Source of the DNA: Candidatus Saccharimonadota bacterium
GTDB taxonomy: Bacteria > Patescibacteriota > Saccharimonadia > JAGOAT01
DNA length: 50,280 nt
Assembly: GCA_017983775.1 (NCBI GenBank)
Contig: JAGOAT010000002.1
Span: forward strand, 1-50,280
Reading direction: 5' to 3'
Shown here piece by piece: positions 1-9,237 of the stretch (the stretch's first letter is position 1; every line of letters starts with the position of its first letter). The translations under genes were made by a program, and so were the position numbers. The notes beneath the pieces are model-generated. The model was not told the DNA's origin, did not search any database, and saw only the letters and a program-made list of their open reading frames with translations.

Positions 1-832
1 TTTCTTGGGTAGATACATAGGTTAGGTTATGGGAAATATTAAGTTGATCTAGTTGATTTATGAGCTGATCTTTATTACCCCAGGTTTCACCAACAATGTT
101 GAGATGAATTCTGTCACGATCTACTTGAGAGAGCTTAGAGTAAGCTTCAATAAGAATATCTACCCCTTTGTAGGGGCGAATAAATCCGATAAAAAGTAAC
201 TCTAATTTCTTGTTAATAACTTTTTTGTTGGTTGGTTTTGGTAAGCCAGTAGGTGAAGGTAAACTTCTTGTTATGATTGGTTTATTGAATTTACCAATAA
301 CTTTTGTCAAATGTTGTGCATCTATTGAGCTATGTACAAGGTAGCCATCAGCCACCTTGAGTAGTCTTTCAGAAGTAATTCTTAGTACCTTATCGGGTAT
401 TTTCTGGCCAAGGATAGTAACATCATGGTCGTAGAGATTGTGGCAGATGAATACTACTGGAATGCCAGATTTCTGTAACTTCTTTGATATATACCAAAAA
501 GCAGGTTGCCAAAATAGAGTCCACCAATTGATTAATACAGCATCTGGATTTTGGTTCTTGATCATAATGATTGTTCTTTGCCAAGATAGTGGGTTATTGG
601 AGTCTAGGGTATAGTAAATATCTTTAGAGATCTTTTTGATTTCCTGGTAGTCTGTATTTCCAGGATATAAAAATTTCGGGTATTGTTTCTTGAAAGAGAA
701 TAGATCAATTTTCGCTAGTTTTTTTAAACTATCTGCTAGGTCAGTATTATATTGGACTATCCCACCACGATAAGGTGTAGTGGGACCAATGATTGATAAT
801 TTGAGACTGGGTTGATGGCTGTTGATTTGCAT
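1..832 (-). CDS. Glycosyltransferase family 4 (GT-B fold), N-terminal ~277 codons; C-terminus lies beyond the left window edge
   Basis: Absent from the ORF track because it is open at the edge. Minus-strand ATG at 832-830. My translation MQINSHQPSLKLSIIGPTTPYRGGIVQYNTDLADSL...VVFICHNLYDHD...LLFIGFIRPYKGVDILIEAY runs without stops to position 1 and resembles a group-1 glycosyltransferase. Confidence 0.7.
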   Translation of the reverse strand, partial: MQINSHQPSLKLSIIGPTTPYRGGIVQYNTDLADSLKKLAKIDLFSFKKQYPKFLYPGNTDYQEIKKISKDIYYTLDSNNPLSWQRTIIMIKNQNPDAVLINWWTLFWQPAFWYISKKLQKSGIPVVFICHNLYDHDVTILGQKIPDKVLRITSERLLKVADGYLVHSSIDAQHLTKVIGKFNKPIITRSLPSPTGLPKPTNKKVINKKLELLFIGFIRPYKGVDILIEAYSKLSQVDRDRIHLNIVGETWGNKDQLINQLDQLNISHNLTYVSTQE

Positions 833-841
833 ATTAGCTAG

Positions 842-1789
842 TTATTGGTGTTTTTTTGATTTATTAAATCTGATTAGATAATTAATTTTATTGTAATGTT
901 TTGCAACAAGAATCAAGACAAAGATCATAAAAAGAAAAATCACATAATATGCTCGATCAATAATACTGGCTGCAATGATATCTTGAGTAGCTATTCCGTG
1001 TAATCTTTGGCTTAATACTAAAAAAGATTCTCGAAAACCGATTGCCCCTGGAGTCAGAGATACAAAGAGTGCCAGATTTGCTGCTCCTGTATAGATTAGA
1101 GATTGCTTATAATTAATTGGGTTAGAGCTGATGGCGGATAATTCTATATGATAGACCAATGAGCTAGCCAGTACCAACAGGCCAGTCATTAAACCGATCA
1201 TCCAAAGGCTTTGGTTGTAGGGTTTTAGATTGCCTAGATAGCCCTTGACCTTTAGGGATCTTGATTTACCACTACGCTGATCTATGGCATAAACGATTAG
1301 TGGAATAAAAATAGCTATTGAGCTAGAGGCAATGACTATTTTTGGGTATTGTGAGAGCCCCGTAATTATCAGGATTAAGCAATTAATAAGAGCAAAGAAT
1401 AAATAAAATATAAAAGTAGCATTGATAAATTGCCTGTACTTTACCTGATATTTCTTATTTAAATAGATTGCTCTAAAGCCAGGACCGCTTTGTAAGGGTC
1501 CAAAAAAGTTAACTATAGAAGAATATCCAGTCAAAAAAAGATTATCAATCAGTGGCGTTTTCTTATCCAGATAGGAGAGGGTGAAATGAAGAATTAGAGA
1601 GTTTGCTACAATAGTTAACGTAAAAGCTGCAGTAAGTTTAATAAGGGTTACTATAGAAAGATTAGAAAGGATTGAGAGAGTATCAGGGTTGCTATAAAGG
1701 TATAGCCCGAAAATGCTGATTGTCAGGATAACTACTCCTGAGATTGTAGCATTACGAATTTTTTTATTATGGATCAGTTGAGAAATCAT
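842..1789 (-). CDS. Polytopic membrane protein, flippase-like (UPF0104 / lysyl-PG-synthase TM-region family candidate)
   Basis: 315 aa and almost entirely hydrophobic helices. The segment LTPGAIGFRESF resembles the conserved PGGxGxxE-type segment of that family. Its ATG shares one nt with the stop of the upstream GT2 (TAATG). Confidence 0.5.
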   Translation of the reverse strand: MISQLIHNKKIRNATISGVVILTISIFGLYLYSNPDTLSILSNLSIVTLIKLTAAFTLTIVANSLILHFTLSYLDKKTPLIDNLFLTGYSSIVNFFGPLQSGPGFRAIYLNKKYQVKYRQFINATFIFYLFFALINCLILIITGLSQYPKIVIASSSIAIFIPLIVYAIDQRSGKSRSLKVKGYLGNLKPYNQSLWMIGLMTGLLVLASSLVYHIELSAISSNPINYKQSLIYTGAANLALFVSLTPGAIGFRESFLVLSQRLHGIATQDIIAASIIDRAYYVIFLFMIFVLILVAKHYNKINYLIRFNKSKKHQ

Positions 1790-2733
1790 TACTGATCTTC
1801 GTATTGCAATTTTTTGATTCTTTCAAGCTGATCTTCAGTCAGGGTACGGTTGGTTTGTAGCATATCGGCAATGATTAAAAGTGAAACTGATAATAGTGAT
1901 CCAATTAACATTGTAGAACCAAATATCAATGACTGAAGGTGTCCATCTCCTTTTCCTTGAATTGTATACAGGGCATAGCGAATAAAGGGAATGCCCCCTA
2001 GAATCAAAAATATTATAGCAAGTCTACCAAATACTTTCTTGGAATGAAACATGATATAGCTACGCAAAATTGCAGAGGCAGATTTGAACATATGTTGCCA
2101 AATATTCTTGAACAATCTTGATTCTCGTGTTTTTGGGTTGGTGGTAATAGGAATACTAACAATCTTGAGATGTTTATTACCAGCTTGAATGATAGTTTCC
2201 ATGCAGTAGCTAAACTCTGTAATTATATTGATTCTATAAAGCGAATATCGCGAATAAGCCCTAAACCCACTTGCTGCATCCGGTAGATCCGTTTGGGCTG
2301 CTTGGTTAACTAGCCAGCTGCCAAAGCGTTGCATGATTTTTTTGAACCCAGAGAAATCAGTGATTTGAGCTGTTTGCCTATCTCCTATTACGATATCGGC
2401 CTGAAGGTCAATGATCGGCTTTACCAGTTCGCCAATCATTGATTGGGGGTATTGATTATCTCCATCAGTATTGACGACTATATCAGCTCCATGTTTTAGG
2501 GCATAATCAACCCCATCATGGAAGCTGCGAGCAAGACCCATATTGCGTTTGTGTTTGACGAAATGTTTTACACCATAATATTTTGCTACATCGATAGTAT
2601 CATCAGATGACCCATCATCTATCACTAAGACTTCAATTTGATCTATGCCAGTAATTTTTTTTGGTATGGATTCTAAGACTAGACCCAATGTCTTCTCCTC
2701 GTTGAGACAGGGTACCTGGATGAATAACTTCAT
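1789..2733 (-). CDS. Family 2 glycosyltransferase, polyprenol-phosphate sugar transferase type (DPM1/GtrB/ArnC-like)
   Basis: Motifs VPCLNEE, VIDDGSSDDT and DGDNQY (DXD), plus two C-terminal TM helices typical of GtrB/ArnC-like enzymes. Confidence 0.85.
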   Translation of the reverse strand: MKLFIQVPCLNEEKTLGLVLESIPKKITGIDQIEVLVIDDGSSDDTIDVAKYYGVKHFVKHKRNMGLARSFHDGVDYALKHGADIVVNTDGDNQYPQSMIGELVKPIIDLQADIVIGDRQTAQITDFSGFKKIMQRFGSWLVNQAAQTDLPDAASGFRAYSRYSLYRINIITEFSYCMETIIQAGNKHLKIVSIPITTNPKTRESRLFKNIWQHMFKSASAILRSYIMFHSKKVFGRLAIIFLILGGIPFIRYALYTIQGKGDGHLQSLIFGSTMLIGSLLSVSLLIIADMLQTNRTLTEDQLERIKKLQYEDQ

Positions 2734-2786
2734 ATTCTTATAGTATATCTTAATCTTATGTCAATCTCAAAATGTAGAGTTCGCAT

Positions 2787-4160
2787 CTACAGTCTTCTAC
2801 CTACTCCCAGATATTGAATATGGTGTTTGACTAGTAATTTGGGATCATAAGCATTGATGGCATCTACTAGCAGACCTTTTTTGCCCAACAAAGCTATTAT
2901 CTGGGATGGTGTTAAGTTGCAAAATTCTGGCCATTCAGTTGCGACAATGATTGCATCGGGACTCTTGGGAATTTCGGATATAGAGCTAATTATTTGAATT
3001 CTTGAGTCAAGATCATTAAGATTGTTCTTGTCGACTACTGGGTCAAATACTGTTACCCTAGCTTGATTTGTTGCACAAATGTTGGCCATTGCAATACCGG
3101 GTGATTTTCTTGTATCACTTGTGCCCGACTTGAACGATAAGCCCAGTATGATAATTTGTTTATTATTTAGAGTGGTTAATTGATCCTTGAGCTTGTCGAT
3201 AATATATTTGGGCATATTGGCATTGATTGCTTGAGTAGATTGCATTAGTGCAAGATCAATGCCATATTCCTTGGCACTAGAGATCAGGCCACTAACATCT
3301 TTTGGGAAACAACCACCACCATAACCCCGTCCAGCTCTCAAAAAAGCAGAACCTATACGTAGATCTGATCCAATGCCATCCATTATCTCTACTACGTCAG
3401 CATTAACCCTATCAGATAATATGGCAATTGAGTTAGCAAAACTAATTTTCATAGCTAGAAAGGCATTTGCTGTTACTTTAATCAGTTCGGCACTGTTTAT
3501 CTCTGTAGTGATATATTGACAAGTTTTGCTTTGTTGATCAATTCCAGTTAGTTTTGTAATGATTTGACGGCTTGACTCGATTTGCTTGTAGACCTTGATC
3601 AGGCTATTAATAGCGTTGGCGTTGTTACCCCCTATGACTGTACGGTCTGGATAGAGGCTATCTGCTATAGCAGTGCCTTCACGCAAGAATTCAGGGTTCG
3701 ATAGATAGTCAATAGTGAAGCTAGATTGGTTAAAAATGTCAATTAGACGATAACCGGTACCCACCGGTACGGTACTTTTTTGGACGTAGATTGTATCTCT
3801 TTTGATATATTCTAGTGTAGTTTTGGCAGCTTCAAAAATATAATCTAGATTTGAGCTACCATCTGGGTTGTCTGGTGTGCCTACGCAAGAGAATATGATA
3901 TCTGATTGTGATACGGATAAAGAATAAGAATCAGTCGGTAATAACATTTTTTTGTTTAAGCCTTCTTGGATTAATCTGTCCAAACCTTTTTCATAGAAAA
4001 AAGATTTACCCGATCTTATGATATCTAAACGTTCTTGGTTGGGTTCTACCAAGTAGGTTTGATATCCAGACTGAGCTAGGATTGCCCCAGTAGTCAGTCC
4101 GACGTAGCCAGCTCCTAAGATAGTGATAGTTGGTGTTTTATTGACATTAAGTCTAGACAT
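2787..4160 (-). CDS. ugd: Nucleotide-sugar 6-dehydrogenase (UDP-glucose 6-dehydrogenase family)
   Basis: N-terminal Rossmann motif ILGAGYVGLTTGA, catalytic-Cys motif GGGCFPKD, and 457 aa length. Confidence 0.85.
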   Translation of the reverse strand: MSRLNVNKTPTITILGAGYVGLTTGAILAQSGYQTYLVEPNQERLDIIRSGKSFFYEKGLDRLIQEGLNKKMLLPTDSYSLSVSQSDIIFSCVGTPDNPDGSSNLDYIFEAAKTTLEYIKRDTIYVQKSTVPVGTGYRLIDIFNQSSFTIDYLSNPEFLREGTAIADSLYPDRTVIGGNNANAINSLIKVYKQIESSRQIITKLTGIDQQSKTCQYITTEINSAELIKVTANAFLAMKISFANSIAILSDRVNADVVEIMDGIGSDLRIGSAFLRAGRGYGGGCFPKDVSGLISSAKEYGIDLALMQSTQAINANMPKYIIDKLKDQLTTLNNKQIIILGLSFKSGTSDTRKSPGIAMANICATNQARVTVFDPVVDKNNLNDLDSRIQIISSISEIPKSPDAIIVATEWPEFCNLTPSQIIALLGKKGLLVDAINAYDPKLLVKHHIQYLGVGRRL

Positions 4161-4188
4161 TACAAGTCTTGAAACCTAAAAGCCCTTA

Positions 4189-4848
4189 CTAGAGAACTCG
4201 ATCCTTGATTAGGTGATAGATTGAAGGTAATACTGAAATAATAATAATCAAAATTGTAGTAGGCAGAAGATAGTCCTCTGCTTGAGGTATAGTACTGCCC
4301 AGTATAAAGCCAAGCCAAGTGATACCTATTGCCCAAAGTATTGCTCCAACAAGATTGAAGATCAGGAATCTTCTGTAGTGCATCCCACTAACTCCAGCTA
4401 AGATTGGTGCAAAGGTGCGGATGATTGGCATGAATCTAGCTATAATGATAGCTTTGCCACCGTGTTTATCATAAAAGCCTTGAGCTTTCTCCAGATGAGA
4501 TTGCTTGAATACCATTGAGTCTTTGCGTTCAAAAATCTTTGGACCGACTCGTTTGCCAAAGCTATAGCCGACACTATCTCCAGCAACTGCTCCAATAAAA
4601 GTTGCAATTGATAAAAAGAAGATATTGAAAAATCCCTGTGAAGCTAAGAACCCAGCAGTGAAGAGTAGACTGTCTCCTGGGAGCATAAAACCGATCAGTA
4701 AACCAGATTCGGCAAAGGCAGTAAAGGCAATGATCAAAACCCCAACGATTGTGCCAAATTCTTTGGCTTTTTCGGCAATATTAAAAAATTCCAAGGCACC
4801 GATTGCTTGAATGAATTGGTTAATAGTTTCTAATATTAGTGACATCAA
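4189..4848 (-). CDS. DedA family membrane protein
   Basis: 219 aa with FAESGLLIGFMLPGDSLLFTAGFLA and RFMPIIRTFAPILAG, both typical DedA/SNARE-associated signatures. Confidence 0.85.
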   Translation of the reverse strand: MMSLILETINQFIQAIGALEFFNIAEKAKEFGTIVGVLIIAFTAFAESGLLIGFMLPGDSLLFTAGFLASQGFFNIFFLSIATFIGAVAGDSVGYSFGKRVGPKIFERKDSMVFKQSHLEKAQGFYDKHGGKAIIIARFMPIIRTFAPILAGVSGMHYRRFLIFNLVGAILWAIGITWLGFILGSTIPQAEDYLLPTTILIIIISVLPSIYHLIKDRVL

Positions 4849-4894
4849 AGCTATTTTAGCATAAGTTTAGTGATTGCTATATAATACTAAATAT

Positions 4895-5596
4895 ATGGCA
4901 AGACTTAGGAAGCAAATTACTAGAGTTGATAAGACTCCAAAGTCCAGTTTAAGCAAAAGGTATAAAACTCTGAGGTTATTTAATGATCTGATTAGTGTTG
5001 TGATATTTTGTTTGGCTATTTATATCATAGTTACACCTTTTTTACCCGAAATCAGACTCAAGTTAGATCAGTGGCTACATGGTGACAATCAGCTAGTCTA
5101 TCAAAGCGCTTTGGCCGGGGGCAATAATCAAGACTTGTTGCCAATTCCAGAAGTTAACACCTTGGTTATTCCCAAGATAGGAGTTAATGGTGAAGTTTAT
5201 GAGGGTGCCGATGCCAGTACTTTGGAGCTTGGTATTTGGCGTAGACCAAATACTTCTACTCCAGACCAGGGTAGCAATACAGTGATAGTTGCTCACCGGT
5301 TTATGTATACCAGTGGTCCGAAGACCTTCTATCACCTGGACAAAATTGAGGATGGAGATAAGATTCAGGTTTATTGGCAGGGCCAGGAATATATTTATCA
5401 AGTTTACGAAACTGAGGTTGTTCCTCCGACTGCAGTTGAGGTAGAGGATCCAACCAATGATCCGATCTTGACTCTCTATACTTGCACGCCACTCTGGACA
5501 GCCAAAGATCGTCTTGTAGTTCGGGCAAAATTGATCTATGGTCCAGATAGTCAAGGTGTTCAGGAGACTAATTCAGTAGGAGATCAAGGATTATGA
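4895..5596 (+). CDS. Sortase (transpeptidase)
   Basis: N-terminal TM anchor, His motif VIVAHR, catalytic TLYTCTP (TLxTC) and Arg motif RLVVRA. I prefer ATG 4895 to the track's TTG 4874 because a TGcTATATAAT promoter element (4875-4885) lies inside the longer ORF. Confidence 0.8.
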   Translation: MARLRKQITRVDKTPKSSLSKRYKTLRLFNDLISVVIFCLAIYIIVTPFLPEIRLKLDQWLHGDNQLVYQSALAGGNNQDLLPIPEVNTLVIPKIGVNGEVYEGADASTLELGIWRRPNTSTPDQGSNTVIVAHRFMYTSGPKTFYHLDKIEDGDKIQVYWQGQEYIYQVYETEVVPPTAVEVEDPTNDPILTLYTCTPLWTAKDRLVVRAKLIYGPDSQGVQETNSVGDQGL

Positions 5597-5709
5597 GAAG
5601 AGAGGCCACTAGGACATTATTGCTAATCTTGTTGCTGGGGATTACGATTGGGGTAATCATCTTGATGCAGAAAGGCTATGATGCAAACTTTACCAATACC
5701 TTCAACTAG
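5593..5709 (+). CDS. 38-aa single-TM micro-protein, translationally coupled to the sortase (ATGA overlap)
   Basis: My translation: MRREATRTLLLILLLGITIGVIILMQKGYDANFTNTFN. The ATG overlaps the sortase TGA (5593-5596). It is below the ORF-track size cut-off. Confidence 0.35.
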   Translation: MRREATRTLLLILLLGITIGVIILMQKGYDANFTNTFN

Positions 5710-5720
5710 GAGATCATCTG

Positions 5721-7445
5721 ATGAGTCGCGCTGTTGAGCAGGTCAAAGAAAGAATTGACCTAGTCGAATATATCTCACGTTATCTAAGTCTTAAGCGTTC
5801 GGGTACTAACTACAAAGGTCTTTCACCTTTCAATCAAGAAAAAACTCCGAGCTTTGTAGTTACTCCAGATAAAGGTATCTGGTATGATTTTTCGGCTGGT
5901 TTTGGGGGTGATATTTTTGATTTTGTAATGAAGCTTGAGGGGATGGATTTCTATCAAGCCTTGAAGTATTTGGCAGATTTGACAGGAGTGGAGCTAGAGC
6001 CTAGACCAGAGGACAAAAAGAATCAGGTTGATAAGAGGTTGCTCTACCAGCTTAATGATTTAGCAAAGAATTTCTATCAACATCGTTTGCTCAAGAGCCC
6101 AGAAGCTTTGGAATATCTTAAGGGACGGGGTTTTAAGCGACAGGCAATAATTGATTTTGGGATTGGTTACGCTCCGGCAAGCGGTCAAGAGCTATATACT
6201 TTTTTGATCAACAAGGGTTATCAGGAACATAACCTTGTTCTAGCAGGATTAGTTGGTAGGGGTCAGAGGGGAGCCTATGATTTTTTTCGAGATCGGATCA
6301 CATTGCCGATTAATGATTTTCAGGGGCGTGTGATTGGCTTTTCTGCCCGTTTATTGAAGCCCAAAGAGGGTGTTGGTAAATATATCAATACTGCCAATAG
6401 TCCTATCTATCAAAAATCTGAAGCTGTTTATGGAATTACCCAAGCTAGAGAGAATATCAGGAGCAATGATCAGGTGATAGTTGTCGAGGGCAATCTAGAT
6501 GTAATTAGTCTAAATCAAGCTGGAGTTAAGTACGTAGTGGCTGGATCTGGGACAGCAGTTGGCCGAGGTCAGATTAAAATCCTGGCTCGTTATAGCTCAA
6601 ATATTACCCTGTGCTTTGATGGAGATCGAGCTGGTAGACAAGCAACAGACAAATTAATCAAGGCAATTTTTGATCTGGATCTCAATCTCAAGTTGATTTT
6701 TATGCCTGCTGGTCAGGATCCAGACTCTTTAATTACCGAGGGATTGGAAGCTTGGCAAAAAGTGGCAGACCAAGTAGTGAGTTTGAGTGATTACCTTTTG
6801 ATTAACAAGGCAAAAGATTTTGATCTGACTAGGGTTAGATCAAGACTCGAGTATCTTAGGGAGATATTTAGTTTCCTAGTTTATAGCAAGAGTCAGGCTG
6901 AAATTGAAAGTTATATTGAAGCCCTAGCTAAACGAACTCGACTCCCTAGGGCAAGCATTAGACAAGACTTTAATCAGTATCGAGTAAGTAATAGGTCTAC
7001 TGAGGCTAATTCATCTGGGTCGGTTGTAATACCAGAAATCCCAAAGACCAATGCACTTGAAGAGGATTTATTGGCATTTATTTTAGTTTATCCTGAAATT
7101 TATCAAGACTTTCGTTCACTTGATTACTCAAAATTGTTGATAGATCAGGATCGGTTTGAGCAAATTATTACTCAGGATTTGTCAAAGGCTGATAAAAGTG
7201 TTAATCTACTAGTATTGAAAGCGCAGGAGCGATTTGCTAACCTGCCTATGCAAGACGCATTTAGTCAATATCAAAGTATAGTAGCAAAACTCAGAGATCA
7301 ATGGTATGATTGGGAGTTAGCTGAAATAAGAAGCCAGCTAAATCAAGCTGAACTTGGGGGAGATCAGCCTACTAGTAGAAATTTGATTGAAAATTATCAA
7401 AAATTGTTAAAGGAGAGAAATGAGCGAAGAAAATCTAGAGCTTGA
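5721..7445 (+). CDS. dnaG: DNA primase DnaG (zinc-binding ligands all substituted, see findings)
   Basis: EKTPSFVV primase N-terminal motif, TOPRIM motifs [11 protein letters not shown] and [12 protein letters not shown], 574 aa, immediately upstream of rpoD. Confidence 0.9.
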   Translation: MSRAVEQVKERIDLVEYISRYLSLKRSGTNYKGLSPFNQEKTPSFVVTPDKGIWYDFSAGFGGDIFDFVMKLEGMDFYQALKYLADLTGVELEPRPEDKKNQVDKRLLYQLNDLAKNFYQHRLLKSPEALEYLKGRGFKRQAIIDFGIGYAPASGQELYTFLINKGYQEHNLVLAGLVGRGQRGAYDFFRDRITLPINDFQGRVIGFSARLLKPKEGVGKYINTANSPIYQKSEAVYGITQARENIRSNDQVIVVEGNLDVISLNQAGVKYVVAGSGTAVGRGQIKILARYSSNITLCFDGDRAGRQATDKLIKAIFDLDLNLKLIFMPAGQDPDSLITEGLEAWQKVADQVVSLSDYLLINKAKDFDLTRVRSRLEYLREIFSFLVYSKSQAEIESYIEALAKRTRLPRASIRQDFNQYRVSNRSTEANSSGSVVIPEIPKTNALEEDLLAFILVYPEIYQDFRSLDYSKLLIDQDRFEQIITQDLSKADKSVNLLVLKAQERFANLPMQDAFSQYQSIVAKLRDQWYDWELAEIRSQLNQAELGGDQPTSRNLIENYQKLLKERNERRKSRA

Positions 7446-8511
7446 CCAGATTGTTGATGCCTTGGTCAAGATCTATAAAAAAAATGGAACAGTTAATTAC
7501 CAAGATATTATTAAGGTAGTACCTAATGTTGAAGATGATATTGAACTAATAGATCAGATCTATGCTAACTTACTTGAAAAAGGCATTGAGGTACGAGGTA
7601 AAAGTGAGGATGAGCAAGCAGCTGATTTTGGTGATGATAATGTTCGGGCAGGTGGTTATCTAACCGAAGAAGATTTTAGAGATATTTCTGATGATTCTAT
7701 CAGGATGTATCTTAGGGAAATTGGTAAGATCCCATTAATTGATTCGGATAAAGAGGTCGAATTGGCTAAGCGGATCGAAGATGGGGATAGTCGTGCTAAA
7801 TCTGAGCTGGCCGAAGCAAATATGCGACTTGTTGTCAGTATTGCCAAACGTTATGTCGGTAGAGGCCTAGATTTATTAGATTTGATTCAAGAAGGTAATA
7901 TTGGGCTACTCAGGGCTGTTGAAAAGTTTGATCACACTAGGGGTTTTAAGTTTTCTACTTACGCTACATGGTGGATTCGTCAAGCGATTACTAGAGCTAT
8001 TGCCGATCAGGCTAGAACCATTAGAATTCCAGTTCATATGGTAGAGACTATCAATAAGCTAGTTAGAACCCAGAGAAGAATGACCCAAGAACTAGGTCGT
8101 GAACCTACCAATAAGGAGCTTGGTAGAGCAATGGATATGGATCCGAAGAAAGTCGCTCATATCTTCAAGATTGCTCAAGAGACTGCATCGCTGGACTCAA
8201 CAATTGGGGATGATAAGGATTCGACACTTGGAGACTTTATCGAAGATGGTGATACTCTCAAGCCAGAGGAAGCTACTTCTGCCCAGCTTCTTAAGGAACA
8301 GCTACATAGTGCTCTTGAGAAAGTGGTATCAGATCGAGAAAGGTTGATATTGAGAATGAGATTTGGTCTCGAAGATGGTAGAAGTCATACCCTGGAGGAG
8401 GTGGGCAAGTATTTTGGTGTGACCAGGGAGAGGATTCGCCAGATAGAAGCCAAGGCGCTTGCTCGATTGCGTAACAATCGAGACACTAGTAGGCTTAAAG
8501 AGCATCTCTAA
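7420..8511 (+). CDS. rpoD: Primary RNA polymerase sigma factor (sigma-70 / RpoD)
   Basis: Region 2 [18 protein letters not shown] and [27 protein letters not shown]; region 4 [24 protein letters not shown]. Overlaps the dnaG 3' end by 26 nt. Confidence 0.95.
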   Translation: MSEENLELDQIVDALVKIYKKNGTVNYQDIIKVVPNVEDDIELIDQIYANLLEKGIEVRGKSEDEQAADFGDDNVRAGGYLTEEDFRDISDDSIRMYLREIGKIPLIDSDKEVELAKRIEDGDSRAKSELAEANMRLVVSIAKRYVGRGLDLLDLIQEGNIGLLRAVEKFDHTRGFKFSTYATWWIRQAITRAIADQARTIRIPVHMVETINKLVRTQRRMTQELGREPTNKELGRAMDMDPKKVAHIFKIAQETASLDSTIGDDKDSTLGDFIEDGDTLKPEEATSAQLLKEQLHSALEKVVSDRERLILRMRFGLEDGRSHTLEEVGKYFGVTRERIRQIEAKALARLRNNRDTSRLKEHL

Positions 8512-8585
8512 AAATATCATAGAGTGGATTGAAGGATAGATCATCTATCTTGCCTGAGGTTATGATATTTATTTCGTAATAAAAG

Positions 8586-8670
8586 GGTGACACCGTACAA
8601 ACTAGGCCATTTATTATATAGTTAAGATATCAATCCAAAACTTATCCCTAAAAAAGCCTAAGGTGTCTCC
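8586..8670. repeat. 85-bp TIR-bounded AT-rich element, copy 1 of 3 (GGTGACACC ... GGTGTCTCC)
   Basis: Clearly alignable with 27934-28018 and 25629-25714. The ends are inverted repeats. Confidence 0.7.
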
Positions 8671-8695
8671 GGTATTGCGGGTATTGCGTACAGAA

Positions 8696-8734
8696 ACAAA
8701 AAACCACTCCCCCCGTGATGAGAGAAGTGGTTCT
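8696..8734 (-). terminator. Rho-independent terminator of the tRNA(CAT) transcript
   Basis: On the minus strand, AACCACUUCUCUC-loop-GGGGGGAGUGGUU is followed by a U-run. It is fully paired only on the minus strand, through three G-U pairs. Confidence 0.6.
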
Positions 8735-8747
8735 AGAGAGGCAGTTG

Positions 8748-8823
8748 TGGTGGGTCTGGCTGGGATTGAACCAGCGACCAATCGGTTATGAGCCGACTGC
8801 TCTAACCACTGAGCTACAGACCC
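8748..8823 (-). tRNA. tRNA with CAT anticodon (elongator Met, or Ile2 if lysidinylated), CCA encoded
   Basis: The reverse complement GGGTCTGTAGCTCAGTGGTTAGAGCAGTCGGCTCATAACCGATTGGTCGCTGGTTCAATCCCAGCCAGACCCACCA folds as a 76-nt cloverleaf. It shows no initiator hallmarks. Confidence 0.9.
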
Positions 8824-8863
8824 GTAAACCCTATTTTAGCCTAAAGTCAATTTTTTGCCAATT

Positions 8864-8891
8864 AAAAAGCCTCCCAGTAGGAGGCTTTTTC
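8864..8891. terminator. Bidirectional hairpin terminator (AAAAAGCCTCC-cagta-GGAGGCTTTTT)
   Basis: Perfect 7-bp GC-rich stem flanked by an A-run and a T-run, directly 3' of the minus-strand small gene 8907..9104. Confidence 0.6.
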
Positions 8892-8906
8892 GCTAGATTG
8901 AATAAT

Positions 8907-9104
8907 CTAGGCTTTTTTGAGGATCAAAAGACCAGTCTTTTGATTTTCAATCACTTGATAGCCTGCAGGTACTGCATCGATAGCACCCTCTTTGGCTTCC
9001 TTGGCAAAGAAGTAGATAGTTTGTTGTCTACCACCCTTGAGGGTTACTTCTCTACGATGAAGGTAGTAAGTTTGACCCTTTGAGTTAGTTTGTGAATAAG
9101 CCAT
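8907..9104 (-). CDS. Small (65 aa) basic protein of unknown function, divergent from lexA
   Basis: Strong RBS (AAGGAGGAATATATG). The sequence MAYSQTNSKGQTYYLHRREVTLKGGRQQTIYFFAKE... looks like a real small globular protein. It has its own promoter and terminator. Confidence 0.6.
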   Translation of the reverse strand: MAYSQTNSKGQTYYLHRREVTLKGGRQQTIYFFAKEAKEGAIDAVPAGYQVIENQKTGLLILKKA

Positions 9105-9160
9105 ATATTCCTCCTTGTTATTAATTGGCTATTACAGAGTGAACACTTCTGTATATGACT

Positions 9161-9189
9161 AGCATAGGTATCCATCAGGTTATTGTCAA
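9161..9189 (-). promoter_or_regulatory. Sigma-70-type promoter for the small gene (TTGACA-17-TATGCT on the minus strand)
   Basis: The -35 element is the reverse complement of 9184-9189 and the -10 element is the reverse complement of 9161-9166, with a 17-nt spacer. Confidence 0.4.
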
Positions 9190-9208
9190 GTAAATTTTGC
9201 TGATATAC

Positions 9209-9237
9209 TTGTCAATTCGCTTAATGTTCGCTATAAT
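9209..9237 (+). promoter_or_regulatory. Sigma-70-type promoter for lexA (TTGTCA-17-TATAAT)
   Basis: -35 at 9209-9214 and -10 at 9232-9237. It sits back-to-back with the promoter of the divergent small gene. Confidence 0.45.

Noticed and set aside
5093-5554. Antisense ORFs inside the sortase gene (5093..5554 and 5301..5528). The same applies to 4625..4810, 7656..7847, 8099..8347, 9601..9804, 10287..10508, 11497..11691, 12092..12364, 14292..14594, 15846..16187, 17359..17595, 18229..18411, 19065..19262, 20509..20694, 21623..21823, 23766..24294, 24386..24571, 25314..25517, 26086..26576, 27332..27674, 29613..29816, 35317..35499, 35863..36057, 38267..38449, 38623..38953, 39062..39301, 40690..40920, 41574..41966, 43594..43779, 44151..44339, 45129..45643, 46064..46297, 47831..48037 and 49797..50031
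   Set aside because: All are embedded in or antisense to longer ORFs with clear family motifs. They lack RBSs and have odd composition, so I treat them as shadow ORFs.
8715-9083. 122-aa plus-strand ORF from the track
   Set aside because: It runs antisense straight through the tRNA(CAT) gene, its terminator and the minus-strand small gene. It has no RBS, and its composition is dictated by the tRNA sequence.
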